64,000 nt of DNA from Podarcis filfolensis. Its lineage: Eukaryota. The notes below the pieces were generated by a model. The model searched no databases. It was not told the origin of the DNA and saw only the letters and a list, made by a program, of their open reading frames with translations. The stretch lies in NCBI GenBank assembly GCA_964270895.1, contig OZ185437.1. One strand, given 5' to 3'. The position numbers and the translations under genes were made by a program. Positions 20,405 through 32,171 of this stretch are shown here, piece after piece. Position 1 is the stretch's first letter, and each line of letters opens with the position of its first letter.

Positions 20405-20988
20405 CTTCCTGCCACCAGTTGCGGGGAGCGAGCAGGCGCCCGCCCTCCTGCCTCACCCCACTAGCGGAGGATACAGGAAACCAGGGCCCCGACTGGAGAT
20501 ACAGGGAGAGGGACCCGGATGTAACGAAGCCAAGGCAAGCCTCCCCAATAAGGTTATGGACCGTCCCAGCCAAGCTGAGGACGTGGAGACTTAGGAGCTC
20601 TCGCGACATTTCGTGACAGGCGACCTATCCCTTGCGCCATCTTGGTTGCTCCGGCCTAGGTTGCCCAAGGAGGGACCTACGAAGCCGCGAGACGTGAGAG
20701 ACGGACAGAGAGGAAAAGGAAAGCCTAACAGGTAGCACCCGAGGCCAATATGCATTCAGCTCTAGGCCTAACCGATACAAAGAGCGTTTTTTTTACGCCA
20801 CGCACAACATGGCAGGTTGAACGCGAGCAACGTGTTTTCCTTTCGGTCTATGAACGTGCCTTAGCCATAAGCTGGCCTGTATCACGTGACTCAGAAAGCG
20901 TTGCTCTCCCCCCGCCTTCCTCCTGAAAACAAAACTCGACGCCGCGCGACGCCGCTGCGTGTTTCTTCCGCAGCCGGTGGAGGGGAAG
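20405..20988. promoter_or_regulatory. Bidirectional CpG-rich promoter shared by YIPF3 (-) and POLR1C (+)
   Basis: Head-to-head ATGs 584 nt apart; YY1-type GCGCCATCTT (20633-20642); E-box TCACGTGAC (20882-20890); TCTCGCGACA (20599-20608); AAGATGGCGGCG at the POLR1C start. Confidence 0.88.
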
Positions 20989-21057
20989 ATGGCGGCGTCC
21001 AGGAGCGTGGAAGAGATGCGGAGCCGGGTGGTCCTGGGCGAGTTTGGCGTCCGCAAC
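20989..21057 (+). CDS. POLR1C: POLR1C exon 1 (69 nt coding)
   Basis: AAGATGGCG...CGCAAC|GTAAGT. Confidence 0.95.
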
Positions 21058-24000
21058 GTAAGTCAAAGAGCGGGAAAGGTGCCGGAGGAGCGACTATCTC
21101 TGGTCCCGAAGTGGAGGCAGCTAAAGGGCTGAGTGTGGGGCTTCATGGGGACTGGAAGGCATGCACGAGTCGAGAGCTGCGTGCGCGTGGCGCCAGTCTT
21201 TGGTGTGGACAGGCGTAGTTCCTGCTCAACGATTCATATATATTTATTTAATATATACTGTATACTGTCTTTTTGATGACTGATGTCCATTACAAAATAA
21301 AAACCCAGTGCAAAAACAAAATAAAAACCCAGTGCAAAAACCCAACTAAAATACTGTACTGATACAGAAAACATCTTTTGGCAGATATGAAATGGCTTCA
21401 TTAAAAACAAAGTGATGTGTTAGAGTTGAAGTGATGTGTCTGAGATGCTTGGGAAGTTTTGCCTGCTTTCCACATGCAAGTCGACTTATTGGGCAATCGT
21501 TAGATGACTAGTAACACACACATGTGAATTCTGCCCTCTCCCTTTGTGCAGCATAAACCTACATAAAGTGAATATCTGCCATTCCTTCTGCCCTTTGAAC
21601 ATCTGAATCTGCCTTACATTGAGTCAGACCCTGAGTCTGTCTATCTTGGTATCATATACTTTGGCTGGCAGTGACTCTCCAGGGTTTCAGACAAGAGCCT
21701 TTCCTAGCTCTGTCTGAAGATTAAGCCTGGAACCTTGTGGGTGCAAACTACATGCTATACCACTGAGCTGTGGTCTTTTCTTCTTCCAGGTCCACACAAC
21801 AGACTTTCCTGGGAATTACTCTGGATATGATGATGCCTGGGACAAGGAGAAGTTTGAAAAGGTGAGTACTTTTGGTGCTTAAGTAAATGGGTTGGAGTAC
21901 ATCTTCCTATTGGACATTCTAAAATGCTGGCTTCCTTTAGGCCAGGGATCCCCCCTCCAATGGCGCTCCTGTGGCCGTCCAGATGTTGTTTGACTCCAAC
22001 TCCATCAGCCCCAGCCAGCATGGCCAATAGTTAAGGATGATGGAAGTTGTAGTCCATGCGCATATGGAGAACCCCAGGTTTCCCACCTCTTCTTAATGTT
22101 TTTTCTTGTTCCTACTGATGTCCTTCATAGTGTTATGAATTTGTGGTGGGAGGAAGAAGGCTGTATGCTGCTCCCTTCTAACCCCTGGATCCAGCAAGTG
22201 TAAAAGTATAAGCTAGGCTAGCTTCCTGTGTTGAGGTGATAGCCAGTGTGATGGGCCGTTTAAAGGAAACAAAGGAAAGTGGATCTGTGTGAGACAGCAA
22301 ATGGATGCCCTCTTCCCTCAACTGACTGGTAATTGGAAAAAGACAAAAGCAAGAATTGAGAGTTGGCAGTGAGGTGACGTAGAACTACAGCAGTACGCTG
22401 GAGGGAGAGTCATAACAACGTTTGAGAGCAATGTTTGATTTCTGATTGAATCAAAGTCTGCGGCTATGGGAAAAACAAGACCCTCCATTGTAGGCTCAGG
22501 TTGTATATATGGGTAAATAAACCATATATTGGAAAGACACCACAATTTCCACTATTCCTCATTTCCAAAAGGAAACATGAACCCTGGGTAAGCACCTAAA
22601 CCCCTGGAATCTTGCATCACTCAGTGATTGTGGGGGCATGCAACAATAGCAACCTGTAGGGTTGTGGAATATCCTGTTTTTCTAGGTCAACCTTCTCCAA
22701 CCTGATCTCATCTAGATATTTGAGATCAAAAATCTCATCACTCCAGCCAGCATGTCCAGTGGTTAGGAATGATTTGTAGCTTTGTTCAGTCTGTAGTACT
22801 GCTCAGACAAGGATTCAGAAATGCTGTCAGCCTAGTTGGACACTATGCATCTGGGCTGTGGGTTTAAAGTGTGCTGCAGGAGGCTTTTCAAAGGTACACA
22901 AGTGAAAAAGTGCATCTTAGTTTGAGGTTTGTTGAGAATGATGCTGCTGGTAGGCAAATGACTCTCAGTCAGAGATACAGGAGGCACCTTTATTATAATG
23001 TCTCCAATGGCAGTTAAAACATGTTTATTCACGCAAACATTTCACTCTGGTTCAATTGCCCTTTGCCCATTCTGTCATTAAGTTTTTACGCTGTTGTGTC
23101 ATATTGCACTGTTGTCAGTGGAGGGTGGTCTCTTAGAAGAAATATGGCACTGCCCTACTCAGCTCACCTAACCCTGAACCAGTCCTCACCTGCCTGCCTT
23201 CTTCCTTACATCCAGTCCAGGGAGTGGCACTGGCCATGAACCTCCTCCTGCTTGGTCTCTGTGTTGTCCTTGTACGACTCAGGAGGGAGGTGGATAGTAG
23301 CAAAGCTAAAATTAGTTGGTTCTATCTGACATTGGCTCTGGTGTCACCTAATGTTGGACTCCTTGCCTTCCACCCTACGGTTTCCAATGAGCACCAGCCA
23401 TAGGTCCTTGGGTTGTGTGGGTTATTTGCCACATTTTATTTAATGCCAATTAAGGCATTTTTATCACATTAAGCCTACAATGTACATTTTTAACACTTGT
23501 CCTTCTTGTCCTGAACAGAATTTCAGAGTAGATGTGACGCACATGGACGAAAGCACTTTGGAATTTGACATGGTGGGGATTGATGCTGCCATTGCTAATG
23601 CCTTCCGACGCATCTTGCTTGCTGAGGTATACATTTCTCTTCCCAAGCAACTACTAAGACACTTGCAAGTTGAACATTATTGCCCAGGTTTGGCTGCTAC
23701 TCCTTTCTGCAAGTACAAAAAGACCAGAATGGAGTTGTCTTAGAATATACAATAAATGTATTTCAGATTTCCCTGAAAAATATATAAAAATATGTTGGGG
23801 GGGGGGGGAAATCTGTTGAGCAGGTTAGTTAAAGACTCTAATGTGGGCAAAATGAGGTGGGAGGCCTTGAGAACCATTTGAAATATATAGAAACACTACT
23901 GAACGTTGCAATGTTTAAAATATACTTCTCTGTTGTGGAAAGCAAGCAGACATTCATGAATTTCAGATGCTATTAGAATCGAGAAAAACTGTTGTCTGGA

Positions 24001-27000
24001 ACAGCAAGCTTGGTGCTGTGTATAGATTATCTAATCCTTTGGGGATAATTTGTATAAATCAGATTTTTAGTGTTTTTTGGGATGTGTCAGTGGCCATTGG
24101 TGTTAGGCACTTTCATAGAGCATGGATCAAGGAACAGCTCTTGGCCAATGTGACTACACAAAACCTTCATATTCTTATGATAGAATTGTAGAGTTGGAAG
24201 GGATCCTGAGGATCATCTAGTCCAACCCCCTACACTGCAGGAATATGCAGGTGTCCCATATGGGGATTGAACCTGCGACCTTGGCATTATCAGCACCACC
24301 CTCTAACTAACTGAGCTATCAATGCTCAAACCAACTGAGCTGTTCCATGATAGCTTAATTCCATAATACATTTGATGGAATTTAAGGTGCCACAAGACTC
24401 CTGCTAATTTTTCTGTATTTAGAAGCAATCTTAGTCGCCTGCATTGCATACTAGCGAATGAATGGTGGCATCCCTGCTTATGAGATTCTTGGCGGCACCT
24501 GGCTAGTCTTTGTTGCAAACACACTAATGGAGTAGATAGGCCACTTGCTGAATCACACAAGCTCATTCTTAAAATAATACGCCTTGGTAATATTTTAAAC
24601 CATCCTTGATGAATTTGCTAATGGTGAGGTGTAGATAAACTTCCTGGCCCAGTGTCCTCATCAGTGCACTAAACTGGTCCTCATCTATTATTTTTACTTG
24701 ATTTCTTACCAACATTTTACCATATGGTTCCAGGGCAGGTTAAAGCAATTTAAAATCCAATAGTGAAGTTTTAAACAAACTTTCATTTTATTTATACACC
24801 ACTTCATTGTAAAAAAACACCTGCAAAACAGTTTACAAAAAGATAAAACAACAAAACTGAGAAAAAATCACAGCCATACTTTAAAACACACAAAGGTTAA
24901 AACATGGAAACAGATTAAAATCACCATAGCTTCCTAAGCATCTGATTGGGCTAGTCTAAACAAGAATATTTTTAGCAGGCGCGGGGAGTTCCAAAGTGCA
25001 GGGAACTTACACACACTAAATAACCAAGTTATTTCAAAAAGGTATTACGTGGCATCTGTCGTAGTTCCAATTCTGCCATTTGAAGGGGTCAAGTGGGCAC
25101 ATGTGGGGTAAGGTGATCCCATAGGCAAACTGGTCCCAAGTTGTCCTCCTAGAATGCCTGCAGCTGCCCTACCGTGGCCCTCTCCGTCAGCTTCCCCCAA
25201 AAGGGGTATTCTGGCTGATACCTGTTCGAATCCAAAGGGTCCAGAGCGAGCATCTTTAGGAGCAGCCTCACCACGGCCTCTTTCAATGCAGGTAGGGCTG
25301 AAATGATCACTGTAGCTCTTTATTGAGGACTGCTGCTTTGAGAGGAAATGTGTCTGGATATCGATTTGAAACGACCTTTTTCCCCCCCCTTTCTCTTGCT
25401 TAGGTGCCAACCATGGCTGTAGAGAAGGTCTTTGTGTACAATAACACCTCCATTGTGCAGGATGAAATTCTAGCTCATCGCTTGGGACTGATCCCTATCT
25501 GTGCAGATCCTCGTCTCTTTGAATACAAGAGTGAAGGTGAGAAGAATTTGTGGAAGATCCCATTGGCTAGGACAGACTAGACATTAAAACAATGGTGGCT
25601 AGTCTATAGGCTGCATACAGCCCACTAAGAACCCCCCACAATTTATTTATTTTTTACTGTTCCCTTCCCACCGTGATATTACAATGCCAAAAGGATTTTT
25701 GTAGCCTTCTCCGCAATTTGTGCAGTAAAAAAATGTATCGTTATTTTATTTTACTTAACCCATGGCTCCACTGCTGTGATTGCGTAATACCAAAAGGTAT
25801 TTGTGCCGCAACAAAATGTGTCTTTAAAAAAAGGCATCCCTTAGAATTTGGCCACACCCACTCTTACACTTTGGCCACACCCACTTTGACTCCTGGCCTC
25901 CAGTGGTTAACTGTGGGTCAATGCAATGCTTGGCCCCCTAAGAGATTAGCCATCCCCTGCACCAGAGGAACCTGGGCATCTAGTGGAAGTGGCAGTTGCT
26001 CAGGGTAGCTTCAGTTTATTCTTCCGTTCCTTTTGCAGAAGATGAATGTGATGAAATTAACACTCTGCAATTCCAGTTGAAAATAAAGTGCCACAGGAAT
26101 CCTCAGGCAGCCAAGGAATCGTCTGACCCTAACGAACTGTATATCAACCATAAAGGTAAAGCTGCTCCTTCTTCGGCTATTAGTGTCATGAGAGAGACAT
26201 TCCCCAGTCCCTTTGCTCTCTCACAATTGAAGCTCTGAGATGACAACACCAGAGCTTGCTTTGCATTATTAATTGCTTTATGCCTTCCCCAGCTTCCAGC
26301 CTATTGTTTGTTTCCTTTTGTGGGGAGAGGAGTTAAGAGTTGATTCAGTTGTCTGCCTTGTTACAGATGCAAGTCTTTTTTGGCCTTTTCTTTTTTCAGT
26401 TTACAGCAAGCACATGGAATGGGTGCCACTGGGCTCTCAGGCCGACAACATGAATGCCAAGTTCCGTCCTGTACATGACGACATCCTCATTGCCCAGCTG
26501 CGGCCCGGCCAAGAGATCGATGTACTTATGCACTGCGTCAAAGGCATTGGTGAGGCAGCTGGAGTGCTGGGATGGAGTTGGCAAACTTTTTGGAAATGTG
26601 GGCCATGGGACCACTGAGATTTCTGGGTTTGGCTAGTATTTGCTCCTTGGTGATTTACAAGATGTGTTTTGCTAATATCCTTTTTACAAGAGGATAGAAT
26701 GTCTTTGGTTTGTTGGAATGGGCATTCTGGGTTGCTCTTCAGTAGTTTGCCTTTGCTTTAAGGAAGAAGCTTGTCTCTGGTCCATGGTGAGGCCTTGCAG
26801 TTCTCACTTCTTTGCATTGCTAAAGATCTGCCTGTGACCTTTGGGCTGTGTAAAGTACAGACGGCGACCTTTTTGTGCAGGAGTTACTTTCCTGGCTCCT
26901 GTCTGCCATCGCACGTCAATTGGATGCACCTAAAAAGGTTGCCGTCTGAACAACCAAATATCAGTATTTTGAGGATGGGAATTGTATCTACATTGGCAGG

Positions 27001-29733
27001 ACTGGTACTATAGGCTTCCATTTTCATAAGGTAAAAGACTAAATTGTGTGGAACAGCCAAGGAAAAGCATCCTAGAACTTAGGTTGACCAATCAACCTTA
27101 GATAGCTTTGGAGGGAAAGTGGTGGTGTTTTTTGTGTCTAGGAATGTGACATGTTAATCAGCCTTGTTACCAGTTTGACATGTCAGGTATAAAGTCTACC
27201 TTTCCGAATCATTTGAATCAATCTGGATTAGCATAGGTACAGTGGACCATTGGTTCTTGAACGGCTTAGTTGACAAACAAATCTGCTCCCGAACACCAAA
27301 AACCCGGAAGTAAGTGTTCTGATTTTCGAACGTTTTTTGGATGCCGAACGTCCGATGCGGCTTCCGCTTGAGTACAGGAAGCTCCTGCAGCCAATCGGAA
27401 GCCACGCCTTGGTTTTCAAACAGTTTGGGAGTTGAATGGAATCCTGGAATGGATCCGTTTCAAGAACCAAGGTACCACTGTACTGGAAACTCAAATTAGT
27501 TAGCAAGGGCTTTCCTAGCGTAAAAGATACTGATGGGTTTATGTAACTAGGTGCTGTGAACATTCTGTGTCTGATGCTGAAGGGTGGAGGTCTTTCAAAA
27601 AGAGTCCACCCGTCTACCTTCTACCAATCCAGGGATTGGGTGACTCTCTGGAGCAGATTTTAGGGGGCACCTGCCTGGGCTACTGCAGTGGGAGAGGAGA
27701 AACTGAAAGCCCTGTTGCACAAGCAAATGGATATCAAAGGATGTCTCTGCAGCTAATGAAAGTCCATATGTGTGTGGTCCATCATGCAGCAACAGAAATA
27801 GATTCTTTCTCTGTTTTGAATTCCAAATGACCTGATTTCTAATCTGTTTCAGGTAGTGAAGGTAATTTGAATTATTAACCACCAAGGAACTGGCTGTGTA
27901 TATAAGTTTAGGTGGCTGATTAAAGAAAAACAACAGTTCCATGTTGCTTACTGGCTGTCCCTCTCCAATTTTTTATTTAATTAACACTCTCTTTACTCAG
28001 GTAAAGACCATGCAAAGTTTTCTCCAGTGGCTACAGCCAGTTACCGGCTATTGCCAGAAATCACTCTACTACAGCCTATCGAAGGAGAAGCAGCTGAGAG
28101 GCTGAAGAACTGCTTTTCTGCTGGGGTTATTGAGGTCCAGGAAATCAAAGGTATTTTGTACCTCCTCCCCTTTGAGGACTCTGTGACCCTCTAGAAGCTG
28201 TTAAGACTGTAGCGCCCATCATCTCTGACTTTGCCATGCTGACTGGGACTGATGAGAGAGACTTGGCATCCAACAGTTTCTGGAGGGCCAATCTCTACCC
28301 TAGACTGCAAAAATCAGAGGCTATGTTTATTGAGATGAGAAAACCAGAAAGGCTGATACCCCATCTCTATACCAAGTCTGGGTAAATGTGTATTCTTCTG
28401 AGGTCTCATTTCTGGCCTACAGCACCTTGCCCCCCAGGTATTTTGTCGAGTGTGGTTTGTAGAAATTGAAAACTTGGGGCTACGATTCTTTCCTTCTGCT
28501 TGTTGTCTGCACAATGTTTCAGGGATCCTATCCTATCCTATATGACCATCCATATGTCAGGATAATTTTAGCTTGTGAAAACTCTCTTTGAGGTCTTGGT
28601 GAGTTCCTTAAAATAGTAATATGATTTATGCACACATACTTGGGGAGTAAAATTCCCTTGAGGCCTGTTGTTATGCATAATAAGATTAAACTGTAATTGC
28701 CCTCTGGCTAGCCTGGAAAATGCCACCTTTGGCCCCACTGCTCTGGCCTTGAGGAAATTCTTTGAAACTGTTTCCTCATTAGAATATATGTCCCTTGTCT
28801 TTGGGATGCAGAAAGGGTCGTAATTCAGCAGTAGAGAGGGAACGTTCAGTAAACACACTAGCATACCTGTTTAGCATATTGTGTGTTGGTCTGTTTCTCT
28901 AGGGCAAAAAGTGGCAAGAGTGGCTAACGCTCGCTTGGACACATTCAGTAGAGAAATTTTTCGTCACAATGACCTGAAAAACCTTGTGCGCTTGGCTCGG
29001 GTGCGAGATCACTACATCTGTGAGTAAGCCTTCAAATGCTTTTGTCGCTGCCCCTTTCTCTGACATTTTACTATATGTAGTAACTGGGTGGTAGTCATGC
29101 GTCTAAGGGACCTCAAGTAGTTTTCTATGCTTTTACCTATAGTTCTATATAAAATCTGTTTATGTATGTACTGATGTGAAACGAAGTTGGCAATCATTTT
29201 AGCCGAGTAAGGCTGCAACCTAATTCTACTTACCTGAGAGTAAGTCATAAATATGAGTTATTTCTGAATAGTCGGGATTGCAGATTTAGCCCCAGATTTC
29301 AGTCTTCAAACGTTTAAGCTTACCCCTCAACTGTGCTTAAAAATCTAAAAACAGTAAAGTGCTGTTGATGGTTACATGGTTGATTTTCAAAGAGCAGAAA
29401 TGTCCTGTTTTCCCGCCACCCCCACTGGATGTCAAGACTGTTCTGAATTCTTAGGGTTATTAACAAGAGCATAAGACCACACGGTGCATTGAGGCATTAT
29501 GTTGCCAATTGAATTGCCTTGCCTGGAGCATGTTTTGGGGTGGGGTTTTTGTGTGTGTGTATTTTCAGTTATTAAGCTGGCTACCTTGGACCTAATTCTA
29601 TCCCATTTCTTCAGTTTCTGTTGAGTCAACAGGTGTCTTGCCTCCAGATGTGCTGATGAGTGAAGCAATCAAGGTATTGATAGGAAAGTGTCAGCAGTTC
29701 CTGGAGGAGCTTAAATTCATCCAAAAGAAATAA
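20989..29733 (+). CDS. POLR1C: POLR1C (RNA polymerase I/III shared subunit RPAC1/AC40), complete 9-exon CDS, 1035 nt / 344 aa
   Basis: [23 protein letters not shown]...[27 protein letters not shown]...[18 protein letters not shown]...[13 protein letters not shown]; all introns GT-AG and in phase. Confidence 0.97.
21600..21773 (-). mobile_element. tRNA-derived SINE (Ala-like head, LINE-derived tail), degenerate
   Basis: Minus strand reads CCACAGCTCAGTGGTATAGCATGTAGTTTGCAC...GGTTCCAGG (A/B-box like), then GAAACCCTGGAGAGTCACTGCCAG...GTCTGACTC tail. Confidence 0.65.
21790..21861 (+). CDS. POLR1C: POLR1C exon 2 (72 nt)
   Basis: TCCAG|[24 protein letters not shown]|GTGAGT. Confidence 0.95.
23519..23626 (+). 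CDS. POLR1C: POLR1C exon 3 (108 nt)
   Basis: AACAG|[36 protein letters not shown]|GTATAC. Confidence 0.95.
24176..24320 (-). mobile_element. tRNA-Ile(GAT)-derived SINE with CR1 3' tail
   Basis: Minus strand GATAGCTCAGTTAGTTAGAGGGTGGTGCTGATAATGCCAAGGTCGCAGGTTCAATCCCC, then ATTCCTGCAG...CCCTTCCAACTCTACAATTCTA. Confidence 0.85.
25404..25536 (+). CDS. POLR1C: POLR1C exon 4 (133 nt)
   Basis: CTTAG|[44 protein letters not shown]|GTGAGA. Confidence 0.95.
26039..26155 (+). CDS. POLR1C: POLR1C exon 5 (117 nt)
   Basis: TTGCAG|[38 protein letters not shown]|GTAAAG; tandem CAG/AAG acceptor possible. Confidence 0.93.
26400..26549 (+). CDS. POLR1C: POLR1C exon 6 (150 nt)
   Basis: TTCAG|[12 protein letters not shown]...[19 protein letters not shown]|GTGAGG. 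Confidence 0.95.
27240..27480. mobile_element. TcMar/Tigger-like MITE with TA TSD
   Basis: TA|CAGTGGACCATTGGTTCTTGAAC ... CAAGAACCAAGGTACCACTG|TA. Confidence 0.85.
28001..28150 (+). CDS. POLR1C: POLR1C exon 7 (150 nt)
   Basis: CTCAG|[21 protein letters not shown]...EVQEIK|GTATTT. Confidence 0.95.
28903..29019 (+). CDS. POLR1C: POLR1C exon 8 (117 nt)
   Basis: TCTAG|[22 protein letters not shown]...RVRDHYI|GTGAGT. Confidence 0.95.
29615..29733 (+). CDS. POLR1C: POLR1C exon 9, coding part (119 nt including TAA)
   Basis: TTCAG|[39 protein letters not shown]. Confidence 0.95.
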
Positions 29734-30638
29734 GTTTTTCTTTCTGAAAAGTTCAGTATAAGGATTCACTTGGTTGGGATCGCTGCAGCTGTGTCATGAA
29801 GGAGGGCGTCAACCAAGTCTGGGTCAATAGACAAGGAGAAATGGACCCTCTACCACAGATGTGAAAGACTGACGCAAGTGGCTGTGTACCTTTTACTTTT
29901 GTGGCACTCAATTTGATATGTGGCTGAAAAGGCAGGGATATGTGATGCCACTAGGCAGCTTATTGCAAAGACCAAATTTGCCAGATATAAGTGGATAAAA
30001 AATATCCTGCAAGCAGAAGATGGGTAGGCTCCAGCAATTGCAATATCTTCTAAGTTGCTTTTTTAAAGACTACATCAGACCTGTATCAGGACCACCTTTT
30101 CTGAGAATTGCCATTAACTTTCCACTGATGTATATTGATGGATAATCTCAAAGGTGCTACACAGTAAGGTCTAATGCCTATGATGATTCTTCTGCCACTC
30201 AAATAGCAGAATTCTAAAAAATATGGTGTCATTGAGCTTCTCTATTATTTATTAAATATTTTTGAGGCCTCAACTGCCTATGGAGTAAGCTGATTTTTTT
30301 ATCTTCTAACTGCTTTATTTTAATACATGAACAGAGGTGTAGTTGGGCTGATTATTGAGCTAATAGCTGAATGTAGTTTGGCAATTTCAACTGTTGAGGA
30401 GCGTGATAAACTATCTGCTTAAGGGACTGATCTTTACCCCATATTCAGAATGAATAGCCAAGATAATTTTAGCAATGAACTTTACCTTTGAACACTTAGA
30501 CTAAATAGCTTTTGTGAGCTTTCCAGCTGCAAATGTAATCTTGTAGCTTTTGACCTATAAAAGTTTTGTCATAGTAAAAAAGCTGCTGTAAAACATGAGA
30601 AGAGTTGCTTCAGTGAGAACTAACTGCAAATTAGTGAG

Positions 30639-30874
30639 AATAAACCCAGGACCAAGAATTTATGTATAAAACTGAAAGAGCTTTATTGACATTCAGAGGT
30701 GTATCACAATTGATTGGAGACATCTTTAGATACAACATCCCTACCAAAACCCCTTAACATTATTATTATTTTTTCTATTATGGCCACAGAAAATTAAAAA
30801 TATACTCATGACACAATAAATACAGTTAGGCTAGACTTCAACGCTATTTGTCGTGGCAGTTTTGTTTTAATAAA
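30639..30874 (+). promoter_or_regulatory. Candidate POLR1C polyadenylation signals
   Basis: AATAAA at 30639-30644, 30815-30820 and 30869-30874. Confidence 0.55.
30682..30687 (-). promoter_or_regulatory. Candidate XPO5 polyadenylation signal
   Basis: TTTATT on the plus strand is AATAAA on the minus strand, ~1.35 kb past the XPO5 stop. Confidence 0.5.
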
Positions 30875-32033
30875 AGTTACACTGAGATCAAGACTTTAAG
30901 AGGGTAAACAGAAGTTGGAGTAGATTTGGGGGTACTAGTGAGGATCTGAACACCAGCTTAAGGCCTGCTTCCTTCACACTTTTCTATTAATGTGACCAGA
31001 TCTATGCACTGCAAAGCCACTTAAAAACATACTGGTACTTCTCTCCAATGAACATTCTTTTGCATCTCCAGCTAAACTACTGCGGCAGTTGTTAAGCAAA
31101 AGACCAAATTAGTGCTGAAGATTTAAACTTTAAAGCGGGCTAGGAATCCTATGCTATACCCAAACCTACTTTAAGGCCCGATTTGGAGGCATTTTGAACC
31201 ACCAGGCACTGCAGAGAATAATCCAGAACTCTGCTGCTGCACCCCCAAATGCAGCATTCCGTCCTAGTTGTTCTTAAGTATTTCAGACCAGCACAAAGTA
31301 TCCCTGGGCTATTGTCGTCTACAGTACTCGGGCTTCTGACAACAAAGACCAGAGTTCAAGCTAGGATACGATTTTGATAATGTTCTTAGGCCAAACGAGG
31401 ACCGATAGTTCACTTCAGGCTTCCTGAGGTACGGCTGAGCCAAACTGACAGTAAGAGAGACTTCACCAGTTCCTGAACAGTCTCCGGTTTGATGGGATAT
31501 ATGGCAGAGTGCTGCTTCTCTAGAGAAACATGAAGTCAGCCGAGACTTGGTGGATTCAGCAGTGCTCAGTGTGCAGACTTGGGTTAACTTGGAAGAGCTG
31601 GGCCTTTTCAAAGGGAAGCAGATGAGTCCTCTGGTAGTGCCATATTGAGGCGGCCACAGTGCAGGGATCCTGATTGAAGACATAGTAGAGATCTGGCAGC
31701 ATGCTGCCTTCGCTGGAAAAGCATTGTGTGCCCATGTGAAAGTTAGTTCCGACAGAACTGGTCCACTGATTGATAGGGCTGAATGGCTAGGCTCCATCCA
31801 AGGAAAATGAGGTTGTGCAATAAAGCTGCAAATGGAAATAGGGAAATCCAACAGGTTTTGTGTAGTAGATGGGATGTGACGAACTCAGTCCTCCAGCCTC
31901 CGAAGCAGAAAGAGCTGGGGGGCCAGTGAGAGAGCTGAATCCAAACATAGGGGGAAGAGTAGACAAAGTAGGCAAATGGCTACTGTGAAAGAACACAGAA
32001 TAGAAAAGGGGGTAGTGAAAGTGTCCTGAGCTT

Positions 32034-32171
32034 CTATTGCTCAAAGAGCGCAATGAGGCTTCCATCTTCATTATCCAATGGATTTGTATCTAGGGGTGCC
32101 TTCACCTTCTTGAAAAGAGAGGGAAGGTTTCTGATATGAACTTCCTTCCTAAATTGCTCTCCAAGGGGCTT
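32034..32171 (-). CDS. XPO5: XPO5 exon 32, coding part (138 nt including TAG)
   Basis: KPLGEQFRKEVHIRNLPSLFKKVKAPLDTNPLDNEDGSLIALFEQ*. Confidence 0.95.
   Translation of the reverse strand, partial: KPLGEQFRKEVHIRNLPSLFKKVKAPLDTNPLDNEDGSLIALFEQ

Noticed and set aside
24245-24320. tRNA-Ile-like sequence as a true tRNA gene (likewise the tRNA-Asn-like sequence at 46117-46180)
   Set aside because: Acceptor and other stems are broken and the sequence is fused to a CR1 tail, so it is annotated as a SINE head
28001-28006. CAG|GTAAAG at the POLR1C exon-7 start as a recursive splice site
   Set aside because: AG|GT junctions are common at ordinary exon starts and the introns are short; no further support
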